In this document: in pieces, positions 38,380 through 48,875 of the stretch
Layout: each line of letters opens with the position of its first letter
How positions within the stretch are numbered: position 1 is the first letter of the stretch
Origin: Camelus dromedarius
Taxonomy: Eukaryota
Direction of reading: 5' to 3'
Length of the DNA: 64,000 nucleotides
NCBI RefSeq assembly: GCF_036321535.1
Contig: NC_087437.1
Coordinates: forward strand, 42,100,001 to 42,164,000
Notes under the pieces: generated by a model
Databases searched by the model: none
The model's input: the letters and a program-made list of their open reading frames with translations, nothing else
What the model was told of the DNA's origin: nothing
Program-made: the position numbers and the translations under genes

Positions 38380-39430
38380 CACCAGCAGAAACTTGTCCTT
38401 CCCACCCACAGTCTCCCCATCTCAGTACTGGCATCCCCGACCTTTCAGTTGAGGAAGCTGGAAACTCTTGGAGTCATCCTTGACCTCATGGATAATCAGT
38501 CAGCAAATCCCTTTAAATCTTCCTTCTAAAGTTATCCAGAAATCTGACCATTTCTCAGCATCTCCACAATTACTACCCTTTTTGAGCCACATTGTCTCCC
38601 CCCTGGGTTATTAGAATGGCCTCGTAAGTATTTTCCCCACCTTCATTCTTGCTACACTAGTCTGTTCAGCACACAAAGCCAGAGAACCTGTTAAATACAA
38701 ATATGATCGTGCCAGTGCTCTGCTCAGAACCCTTCCCATCTCGGTGCCTTCCCCTCTCTTACCATGTGTCCTCTTCAGTGTCCTTACCATGCTCCCAGGC
38801 CCTGCGTTTCGGGGTCTTCATTTCTGCCCTTGCTCCTGCCCCTGCAGTCTCACTGACCGCACCGAGAGTGCCCTCCCGCAGGGCCTCTGCCCAGCAGGCC
38901 CCTTCAGATACGTGTGAGTCACTTCCCTCATTTCCCTCAGGTCTCTTCTCACATGTCACCTCTCTGGAGAGCCCTTCCCTGACCACCCTGTAAAACAGCA
39001 CTGGCCAAAAGAACGTTCTGCGATGATGGAAATGCCCTGTAATTTGTGCTGTCCAGTAAGATAGCGCCTAGCCACTCATGGCTGTCAAGCTCTTAAAATG
39101 TGGCTGTGGGCCCAAGGAACTGAATTTTTAATTGTATTTAATTTAAATTGAAAGAGCCACAGTGGCTGCCTTGCTGAACCTGCACAGCTCGGAGAGCCGC
39201 ACCCCCCAGCTCCACCCCTCTGCCCTCTTACTCTGCTGTATTTTTCATCTCATAGCACTTAACATCATGTGACCTGCTTCGTATTTATGTGTGCAGTTTT
39301 TTAACTGCTTTCTCCCCCTGTCCTGTGTTTCCTACAGATAAGGCTAGGTCTGTTCTTGGGCAGTGCTAACTCCCAAGAGTGTGATGCACAGAAAGTGCTC
39401 CAGGATTGGGTGGGTGGATGCAGGCATGAT
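38380..39430 (+). mobile_element. L2 LINE 3' portion interrupted by MER3
   Basis: gaaactcttggagtcatccttgac, atccagaaatctgaccatttctc, ccttccctgaccaccct and catagcacttaac motifs. Confidence 0.8.
38996..39187 (+). mobile_element. MER3 (hAT-Charlie MITE)
   Basis: cagcactggccaaaagaacgttctgcgatgatggaaatg...ggaactgaatttttaattgtatttaattt closely follows the recalled MER3 consensus. Confidence 0.85.
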
Positions 39431-40049
39431 TGAGAATACTGTTGACTGAATTCTATACATTCAATTTTCAGTGGGATATTTATCCCCTTGAAGGATTATG
39501 TCTTCCCTGTGAAAGCTGTCCTTTCCCCCTTGGCCGGAAGAGGACACTGTGTCAGAAACCCCAGGCCCGGTTTATTACATAGCACAGCGCAACTTGACAA
39601 TGAGGTCCTCAGTACAAGAGCCTTTTTTCATGACAGAGTTGTCAAATAAAAAAAAAATTTTTTTAAGTACATACTGCTTCGTCACATAGGATTTTTTGGT
39701 GGTTAAATTTTTCATTTAAAACGCTTATCCAGAAAAAAGTTTGCTCTGTGAGAAGAGCACATGGTGGCATCTATTCCAAAGCAAATTTACACTCTCTCAA
39801 AGAGCGTTGTTCTCTTTGAAGTTAGTCTACAATAAAGCTGCCCAGATCCAGGGCACATTACAGTGTGGTAGAGGTACATTTTTACTTAAAGCACCTTGGG
39901 ATTCTGACACTTTTTTTTTTTTTTTTTTTAAATGCTATAGTTGCCCCACTGGTGATGATGGAAGGAGGCAATATAAAATCCCTACATACAAGGTATTTAA
40001 TGCCCAGGTTTTATGATACTGATATTTCTTTCTGGCTTTGCCTTTTCAG

Positions 40050-40136
40050 GATAACCTTTTCCACCCAAAATACACTGGAGAGGATTTAACCTGTACTGTG
40101 AAAAATCTCAAAAGAAGCACACAGTATAAATTCAGG
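40050..40136 (+). CDS. FNDC3B: FNDC3B exon H (87 nt): DNLFHPKYTGEDLTCTVKNLKRSTQYKFR
   Basis: ttttcag acceptor; AGG|gtgagt donor; within ORF 40038..40268. Confidence 0.97.
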
Positions 40137-41314
40137 GTGAGTCAGTCACTTTGGTACCTGAACTGCTTAAAAATGAAGCTGTTTTATGTTTCACCACTTT
40201 ACTGTTTTAAACCGACTCCATGGGTTAAAATTTTTTTAAGTTCGCTGCTCTTTATGCTTCGAAAGTAACATTTATAAAATATACACACTGTACTTTAATC
40301 TTAAAACCCACTTTTGAGAAAGAAAAGTGTCATAGTGTTTCGTAATAAATTGCATTGCAGCGTGGCCAGAGGCCCTTGCCCAGGAGGGCCCAGCCAGGTG
40401 CCCAGCGCACCCATCTCTCACCAGCTCTTCACACCTTTCTCTGCACAGTTTCTCCTTTTAATCGGATATCCCTTTTACTCTCCGTGTTCCTTTGGTCTTC
40501 TGCACATTTTCTCCTTCTCACCCACTTTTCTTTTTAATTCTGTTTCCCACTCCCACCCCCCCCACACCCCCACCCCCGCCCCAGCGTAGGCTCTGCTTTG
40601 GGCATTAACAACCACCATTGATGCCACTGTGGGTCTGTGTTGTCCCTGCAGGCCACCGGGCTGCCCTGCTGGTTACTGAGCCCACACAGCTCGCACTTCC
40701 TAGAGCGACAGTGTGAACTTTGGAGAGATGGCTATGTTTTATGAGTCCACCTTTCCTTCTCTTACTTTGTGGGCCACATGGTGTCACTTGACATGTAGTA
40801 GTCACTCGGTAAACAGTGGTCAGACTGTCAAGTGGGATGTGTGACTATTAGAGGACAATGATAGTTTTTGATATTTTTAAAGCCCCTTGTTGTCTGATGC
40901 TGGCTGTGAGAACTAGGTATACTGCTGACGTTTCTCCACAAGGTGGCGTTGCCCTGCTCCGAAATAAGCAAGGTTATTGTTATCTGCTTTTCTCATGTTT
41001 TCCTTCTATAAAACAGTATGAACCGGATGGTGACATTACTGGTTTTGTTTTGTCCTCTTGAAAGGGTGAAAGTGTCTTTAGCTAAAACCCACCTTACTGT
41101 TTTATTTTCAATTGTTAATAGCTAAACCATACAGAAAATGAGTATTCCATTAAAGAAAAGCTTATAAATTAGTAGTTTGAGATTGAGAGAGGAGAGAATA
41201 TGGGCGTGTCTGCGAGTTTATGGATACGTTGATCTTGCCATATTGAAAGTCGGCACTGCTTTCATACCTAATTTATATCTAAAGCGTGTTAATGTCTTCT
41301 CGGTTGTGTTACAG

Positions 41315-41453
41315 CTGACTGCTTCTAATATGGAAGGGAAAAGCTGCCCGAGTGAAGTTTTGGTTTGTACGACGAGTCCCGACAGGCCTGGACCTCCTAC
41401 AAGACCCCTCATTAAAGGACCAGTTACATCTCATGGCTTTTGTGTCAAGTGGG
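41315..41453 (+). CDS. FNDC3B: FNDC3B exon I (139 nt): LTASNMEGKSCPSEVLVCTTSPDRPGPP...GFCVKW
   Basis: ttacag acceptor; G|gtatgt donor; within ORF 41177..41509. Confidence 0.97.
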
Positions 41454-43184
41454 GTATGTTTTATTGCTGTCACTGCTGCTGCTTTTTTGACGGGTTTTTA
41501 AAAAACTGATTAATTTCAGTAGTGACAAACCGATAATAAACAAACCATAGTATCTGAGGGAGTTGTTCACATTTGGAATATATGTATGAGAAACATCCTG
41601 AGAATTCGACAGATTGGTAAATATGACAATTTTAAGAGCATTTAATTTATGATTTTATGCTATTAAATGTTTTTCCTCCTATATTTTGATGTATTATTTG
41701 AATATAGTGATCTCTGAATATATATTTCATTCTTCAGTAGCTTAAAAAGCAGCAATTTTTAATACAAAAATTGATTTATAAAGTTAATATTGAAAATAAA
41801 TTTCAAAATTTAGATATGTCATCTTAATTAAATTTTGATAAACAGAATGTTTAAGCTATAATGAATTAGGAAAATGTTAGTTTTTGCTGTTGTTTGTATG
41901 TAATCAGAAGTCTTAAACTTCAGGAATTTTTCGTATTAAAGTTTATCATGTGGTGTTTGTGGAAACCTGGTAGAAGGAAGGATATTGTGGCTCACCTGCT
42001 ACATGGGTTATTTCAGTGAAATAACTGCCATTAGAATGTTGAGAAACATTTGCAATCGTATGTGAAACTGTTGTGATGTGTATGGTTATCACTAGTATCA
42101 TATAATAATAGTAACTACCTAACAGGCGAAAAAACAAAGTAGTAATCTAAAATAAGATTTTACCTGGCAGTCAAGTGATATAAAAGGAGTTTAAAACATT
42201 ATTAAATCATTATTGGAGACCAACCACTGAGACATGTAACTGCTTTAAGTTACCTAGCAATTTTGAGACAGAATTACTCCCTGGAAGATGGATATCATTA
42301 AGAGAAACTGTAAAAATCTAGGTGTGCTTTTTGCCAGATCTAAAGCTTTTTTCTCAGAAAATCTTAGAAATTTCTGTCAGCACTGAATATTTACTTTGAT
42401 TAGCCATACTATATGCTGTATATGTTTTTAATTATTGCTGTAAATATCTGAAGTATGTATCTATTAATGGAAAGACCAAGTGAAAGGAGTTGGAATTAGT
42501 TTCCAAGTCTGTGTGAATAACCTGAGGGTGTATCTAAAATATAGAGGTGCCCAGTTGATAGTAGAGGTGAATTCTGTATAGTCTTGTAAAATTATAATGC
42601 AAGGTGTTTTTACACTCAGAAAAGAAAACTCTTGCAGGCCCAGAATTTGCAGACAGATACCCAAGGTACATAAAGTTTGCTTAGCAGCAAACTGTGATGG
42701 ACCAGATTTATTATATTCCGATGTTTTATTTATTTTGTCGGTAAGCTCTGCACTGCCCTTTCTTTCCCTCTCCATCTGTCAGAAGGACCTGGTCACTGAT
42801 GATACAAGTGAAATAAGAAAGAATAAAATCATTTTACAAAAAGAAATATATGAATGGTTCATCTTATGTAAATACTGCAGAGCAGGCTTCAGAATTCTCA
42901 AAATAAATACATGAGCATAACTCTTAGGAAAATAAATTCATGTTTTGAGTTTTATTCGTGTTTCACTGAATAAATGCTAACTCTTTGACATTTCTAGCTC
43001 TACAAACCTTGAATAATTAGAAGGTTTTATGGTGTTTTTGTTTGTTTCTTCTGTTTTTCAAGAAAGGAGTTGAGTGAAATAATAATTATTGTGCCTTTTG
43101 GTTGAATCCAGAATTGAGGCAATATAATGTTGTATGATTCTATGTGTTCTAATAATATTTACCATCAAAAATCCATATGCTTTT

Positions 43185-43555
43185 TTTTTTAACATTTTGT
43201 TTGTTTGTTTGGAGGGGTACATATATTTTTATTGAAGTATAGTCCGTTTACAATGCTATGTCAGCTTCTGGTATACAGCATAATACTTCAGTCATACATG
43301 AACATACATATATTTGCTTTCATATTCTTTTTCACCATAAATTACTACAAGATATTGACTATAGTTCCCTGTGCTGTATAGTATAAACTTGTTTATCAAA
43401 TTTTGTGAGACTCCTCCTGTATTTTGAAGCGAGAAACACTCTGCCAGAGTTCAGTAGGTGTTCTGTGCGATTCAGTGGGTTTGTAGATGTAATTCTTGGT
43501 GTATTTGTGGGAGAGGGCGAGCTGTGAGTCTCTCTGCCATCTTGGCACCTCCCTC
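43185..43555 (-). mobile_element. Short L1-derived retroinsertion: L1 5' UTR start fused to L1 3' UTR, with poly(A) and TSD
   Basis: Minus strand begins gagggaggtgccaagatggc (YY1 motif); ends in an L1 tail (plus-strand attgaagtatagt...atagttccctgtgctgtata) and T10; flanks aaaaatccatatgctttt / aagaatcaatatgctttt. Confidence 0.8.
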
Positions 43556-43604
43556 AAGAATCAATATGCTTTTATAACTAACAAGGCATTTGCTTATTTT
43601 GCAG

Positions 43605-43676
43605 ATCCTCCAAAGGACAATGGTGGTTCAGAAATACTCAAGTACTTGCTGGAGATTACTGATGGAAATTCTGAAG
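43605..43676 (+). CDS. FNDC3B: FNDC3B exon J (72 nt): (D)PPKDNGGSEILKYLLEITDGNSE
   Basis: ctaac branch-like motif and ttttgcag acceptor; AAG|gtgagg donor; phase 1/1. Confidence 0.97.
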
Positions 43677-43714
43677 GTGAGGTTTTTGGAACTTGTTTCA
43701 TTCAAATCCAGTAG
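43677..43714 (+). CDS. FNDC3B: Candidate alternative terminal extension of exon J (GEVFGTCFIQIQ*)
   Basis: In-frame read-through of the donor to TAG at 43712-43714; ATTAAA at 43777 and AATAAA at 43932; resembles the C-terminus I recall for a short human isoform. Confidence 0.6.
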
Positions 43715-45768
43715 CAAATCCTATTTTCTAATAAGATAAACATCTGTGTAATAATAGTGGGCAATTGTCTAATTCTATTAAACTACATTTATGATTATAC
43801 TTAATCACATATTGACAGTTTTTTTCTTTCAAACACAGCATCAGGGATCAGAGTCTGCTTGAAATGTACATCTTCATCATGTTTTTCAAATTTTCTAGTC
43901 ATGCCTTTAAGCCAGTCGCCCTAATTAATAGAATAAATATGTTTCTCATCTCTCGGCACACTTTCTCTGGAAATTCTTATAAGCAGAGGAAGTGTCAGAA
44001 GCAATCAGCAGGAAGGATAAGTTGGAGACAGCAAATGAGTTTGGTAATCTAGAAATTCTCAGGTACAATGGAGGCAAAATACAGTATTGTGGGCTAATGA
44101 AGAGTGTCACACTTTATAACAAGTTTGGAAAATACCTTTTTATTTTTGTCATGATTTCTGAGTCTGATTATTTATTCACTGCTGGTCACATTAGGTGAAG
44201 TAAAGTGGGACAATGTTACAGATCAAATTCCTTCTATGGTGCCTTTTAAAAAATTCTTAGATGTTCTTTCTAAAAAAATGCATTAGGCTTTAATAGGAAA
44301 AAGTATAGTTATCAGAACTTTAAAAATGACATATCTCCCCACTCTGATTATTCCTGTAACTATGAAATTTTTTTAAAGTGTTACATATGGCAAAAAAGGA
44401 AAGAGTTAACAGTAACTTTTACAAACAAGCGATGCAGGTGTGCAGCTTGCTTTTTATCCTGTGCCACGATAGCCACCTGGAGTGTTTTGTTTTTCACATC
44501 GGTCGGTCCCTATTTTAAGCTGAAAACCTGAGAATGCTTTGAGATGGACACAGCTGTTCTTAACAAAAAATCATATTCTCTGCTAAAAATCTCACCTACC
44601 TAGAAGAGAAGTCATGTATGTGCAGTGGCTTATTGTGAAAACCTAAGTATATTTCGAATTTCCATGGCTCTCTTGACCACTGATGGTGAATGCAAAGTTA
44701 GATGCCACTCTTTGCTTACAGTTCACAACTGTGCCAGCACATGACGTCAGTGATTAATTGAATCTTCTCAGTCTTCCTTGTTCCCAGTCGCCTTTTCAGT
44801 GCCGGTTCTCTAATCAGTAATGTCAGAATGGCTGTCTTTAATAGTCCCCTTTGTTTCGTGGCCCTAGTACACGTGACTTCATTGTAACTCTAACCTAATA
44901 AGCAGCTTAGGGCATTTGTGGGAGTTACTTTAGTAACTATCATGGAACAGGGTAAAAGTATTTTCCCTAAAACAACTTCGTGGAGTAAAGGCCTTTGTAA
45001 AATAATCTACTGGAAAAATGTCATTATTGGGAGCAAACCAGAGGAGGAAACAGCCCAGATTTGTGGGGCAGGTGGGCAGTCGGGTGAGGCAGTCCCGTGC
45101 TCTTCACCTGGTGGCATCAGCCTCACCCAGGCCCCTCTGGCGGCCCCGCTTGCTGTTTTTTTAATCCTGAGAAGTAGTCAGATAGCTTGTGTCACACTGA
45201 GTGTTTCTGCAGTAATGTGTCCCTCTCTCGGGAATTTTTGTCTTTTAAGTGGGGCTCCGTGAAGACATCCAGCCTTTACCCAAAGGACTTGTCTGTAAGG
45301 GGAGAGTTTCACTAGGAGAAACTTGTCAACGGCACCCCAGGCTGACCGGGAACCTCACGGCTGAGCAGCCTTCCCCAGGCCCGGCCAGTCCCAGAGGCTT
45401 CTCACAGGAGGACCACTTGACAGCTTGCTCCACACTGTCCGCTGTCTCCTGGTACCACTCCCCCCGGGCCAACCACAGGTTTCATGTACTTTCCAGCATC
45501 CAAACCTCACAATCAGCAAATGCAATCATAGTGATATTAAGTCGTCTAGCCAGCAGTACTAAGTATTAAAAATGACCCCGTGTTATTATAGTATTTAACT
45601 TTGTAAAGGAAATGGAAGGAGAGCCCTGTGGGTATTAAACAGAAAAAAAAAGAATAGGAGCTGCTGATTTTCATGGAAACCACTTAGAGCTTTTCCTTAT
45701 CAGGAATGGTGGCTACTACTACATTTTCACAAAAGGCCATCAACTCATACGTGGGTCTTGTTTTGCAG

Positions 45769-45887
45769 CGAGTCAGTGGGAAGTGGCATACAGTGGATCA
45801 GCTACAGAGTACACGTTCACCCACCTGAAACCAGGCACTTTGTACAAACTCCGAGCATGCTGCATAAGTACTGGTGGACACAGTCAG
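45769..45887 (+). CDS. FNDC3B: FNDC3B exon K (119 nt): (A)[39 protein letters not shown]
   Basis: ttttgcag acceptor; CAG|gttggt donor; FN3 LKPGTLY motif; translated by hand. Confidence 0.96.
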
Positions 45888-46429
45888 GTTGGTTTTTTTT
45901 TGGTATAGAAGTAAACATCTTCGGTCAAATTCAGACAACCTATCTGTAACATCAGAATAAAACTGCTGTTTAAAATGTCTCTTGCCAACGCAACCTGCCG
46001 TGGTATCACGTCATGAATTCAGTGTTTTGAATTGCGCTGTAGAGGATATGAGAAGATAGGCGCACATAATTCTCAGTTGTGTTGCTTTCCTGGTACATTT
46101 GTCACTTAGCCATTTCTTAGATTTTGGTGTGATCTCATGACAGTTGAGAATTGAGGGTGGTCTGGAATTTGCATTTGCTTTAAATAAGGGGGTGAATCTC
46201 AATTATTGCAGTGATATAAAAACAGAATTTAGAGTCAAAAACAGCTTGTGAGACTATGAGATGCACCTTCCTCGAGGTACTTTACTGCCATCTGCTGGAA
46301 GATGATCATAAAAGTCGTATAAGCCTTAAATGATGACTGAGCTGAATGGCACCCCTGCAATTGTGCTGGGGGTGGGGTGGGGGGGCAGCCTGTATATCTG
46401 TCGGCAGCAGCGGTTCTCTTGTAGTCTAC

Positions 46430-46535
46430 TTTTTTAAAAAAATTGAAGTATAATTAACTTAATACTATTACATTAGTTTTAAGTGTACAGCATGGTGGCT
46501 TAACGTTTTTCTACATCACAAAATGCTCACCACTT
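46430..46535 (-). mobile_element. Extreme L1 3' tail fragment
   Basis: aattgaagtataattaactt...aagtgtacagcat...aaatgctcaccac. Confidence 0.65.
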
Positions 46536-47704
46536 TTGTCTACAATTTATATGACCTTAGACCATCAGTTAACTTGTCAGGAGCCTTGGTTTCAGCCTCA
46601 CAGTCTTCTCATAGACTCAGAATAACCTAAGAAATGCACATGAAGTGATCCAGAAATGAGATAATTATTATCTGAATGGCTTTAGCTTAATATTCAGAAA
46701 GTGAGTGAGAAGCAATACGGTAAAAGACGTTTTTATTGTAGCGATATTTACCATTATGGTTTGAAACCATTAGTATTGAGAGAGAGGAAGAGAGCAGTGG
46801 TGGCCTCTAGCCCTGTGCTGAGCTGACTTTTCAAGAGAATACCTGCCATTAGGGTGCCTGATTTTGCCAGTCAGCCCCCCTCCAGTGTCTTCTTATGTTT
46901 CTTTTCTCCAAAAGGAAAGTGGTACTGCAATGTCTAGACTGTTCATGTAGGCAGACTTTTTGGGAAAAGAGGGTCCAGTTAGACCATTTATGGGCATTGC
47001 CCCTGAGGGCGGGGCGTATGCACATCAGAGCCCCAGGTGATTAGCGAGCGCCTCGCACGTGTAAGGGGCTGCACAGGCTGTGCGGGGCAGCAGTGCTCCT
47101 TGACTGTTTAGGTTCTTCTCCTCAGGAAGGAGGATGAGTTTGGTGAGATGCAGAGCTGCAGCTTGCTTCTCCTGTCTCAGAAAGGGGTCAGCTTCCATAC
47201 CACCAACTTTATGCAACCAGATCCTGCCAAAACAAAGAAGGCCTGCTTATTTCAGTGTTAACAGAACTTGTTGGTTAATATCAGACCCAGCTGATTAATA
47301 TTGATCTTATTTGCGTCTCTGCTTTGTACGTGGATGGTTGGCCATTTATGGCACCATATGAAAATTTCATCCAGCTGTTGTTTTATATTCTCTTCCATCC
47401 TCATGAAGGGTCTCTCCAGTTATGGTTTAAAGGAAAATAACTGTGTGCCTAGGATGCACAACACTCGTGTATATGAATCTGACTTCAGAAAGAATTCTTT
47501 TTACCAGTGCCATATGCAGTGTATGTCCATACTTAAAACACACACACACAGATGAAAAGCTTATTTCATAAAGAGTGTACACATTCAATGTGCAACCCCC
47601 TTTTGGTAACATTTGCAGTTATGGGGTGAAATTTGCCTGATATATAGAGATCGAATAAATTCAAAGTAACTAAGAGATGGTTGTCTCCGGTATTTCTCCT
47701 GCAG

Positions 47705-47810
47705 TGTTCTGAAAGTCTCCCTGTTCGCACACTAAGCATTGCACCAGGTCAGTGTCGACCACCGAGGGTTTTGGGTAGACCAAAGCACAAAGAAGTCCAC
47801 TTAGAGTGGG
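47705..47810 (+). CDS. FNDC3B: FNDC3B exon L (106 nt): [35 protein letters not shown]
   Basis: ctcctgcag acceptor; G|gtgagt donor; translated by hand. Confidence 0.96.
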
Positions 47811-48702
47811 GTGAGTGAACAAATCTTCACATTGACGATTTGGACAATTTGGAGATTGAGTTTAAGACTTAATGTTTTGTAATTAAGTTCCAAATCTTCC
47901 TTATGAAAACCATGTTTGTTTCTGTTGAAAATTCCATGTTCTTTGTAACGTGTGTGGGCTTGGGTTTGTTTCTCCCTAGCGCTATCACTCGTCCTCCTGT
48001 TCCTGATGGCGCCTCTTATGCTATTCATCCTCTGCCCTTCAGAGGGCACTTTCCTAGAAAATCTCTCAGAGAAGCTGGTCTTTTCGGGAATATTTCAACT
48101 TTATTCATAAATTAAAAGTTGTGCTCAATTTAGACATGAAACCAAGACATGGTTCATAAAGTAACATGTGATTCCTCCTTGTCTGCTGCCTTGTCATGTT
48201 TGGGTCCTGGTGTTTCACAGTATTGACTCAAGTTGTATTAGCATTTCCTGTCGCATCAGCAGTTCACAGCACGTAAAATTGTAAAATAAACCTGCAGAAT
48301 GCTGCCAGAGTATTTTTCCCCACCACTTATGTCTAAAATATGATCAAATATTGTGCCAGTTTGGGGTTCTCCAACTTGATTTACTGGGTCATTTGATCTC
48401 AAATTAAAGAGAAGATTTTTTCCTCCCTCAATTTCTTCCCCTTACCTTGCATTACAACGTAAAGAAGTGCTTTTGGAATTTTTATTAGTGTCGTTAAATG
48501 TACTTGGTTTGCAAAGTATGCATAACATCATTCAAGAACTTTCTTTTGCATGTCTTCTCTTTTTTGAACTGGAGGTTCTTCTGTAAATACTGAGGACAGG
48601 CCACCTAACTGACATTTTGCAAACCTTGTGGAAAGTCAGGTGTGATAGGGTCAACTGGAAACACAAAAATGTTCTAAGGTGAGAAATATTCTCCGTTCCC
48701 AG

Positions 48703-48875
48703 ATGTTCCTGCCTCGGAAAGTGGCTGTGAGGTCTCGGAGTACAGCGTGGAGATGACGGAACCCGAGGACGTGGCTTCTGAGGTGTACCACGGGCCGCAG
48801 CTCCAGTGCACCGTCGGCAGCCTGCTGCCCGGAACCGTGTATCGCTTCCGGGTGAGAGCTCTGAACGACGGAGGG
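48703..48875 (+). CDS. FNDC3B: FNDC3B exon M (173 nt): (D)[22 protein letters not shown]...[12 protein letters not shown]
   Basis: ttcccag acceptor; GGG|gtgagt donor; FN3 [13 protein letters not shown] motif. Confidence 0.97.

Noticed and set aside
38249..38452. 67-codon read-through past exon G with a hydrophobic stretch
   Set aside because: Normal gtaagt donor, the extension runs into an L2 repeat, and I recall no matching isoform.
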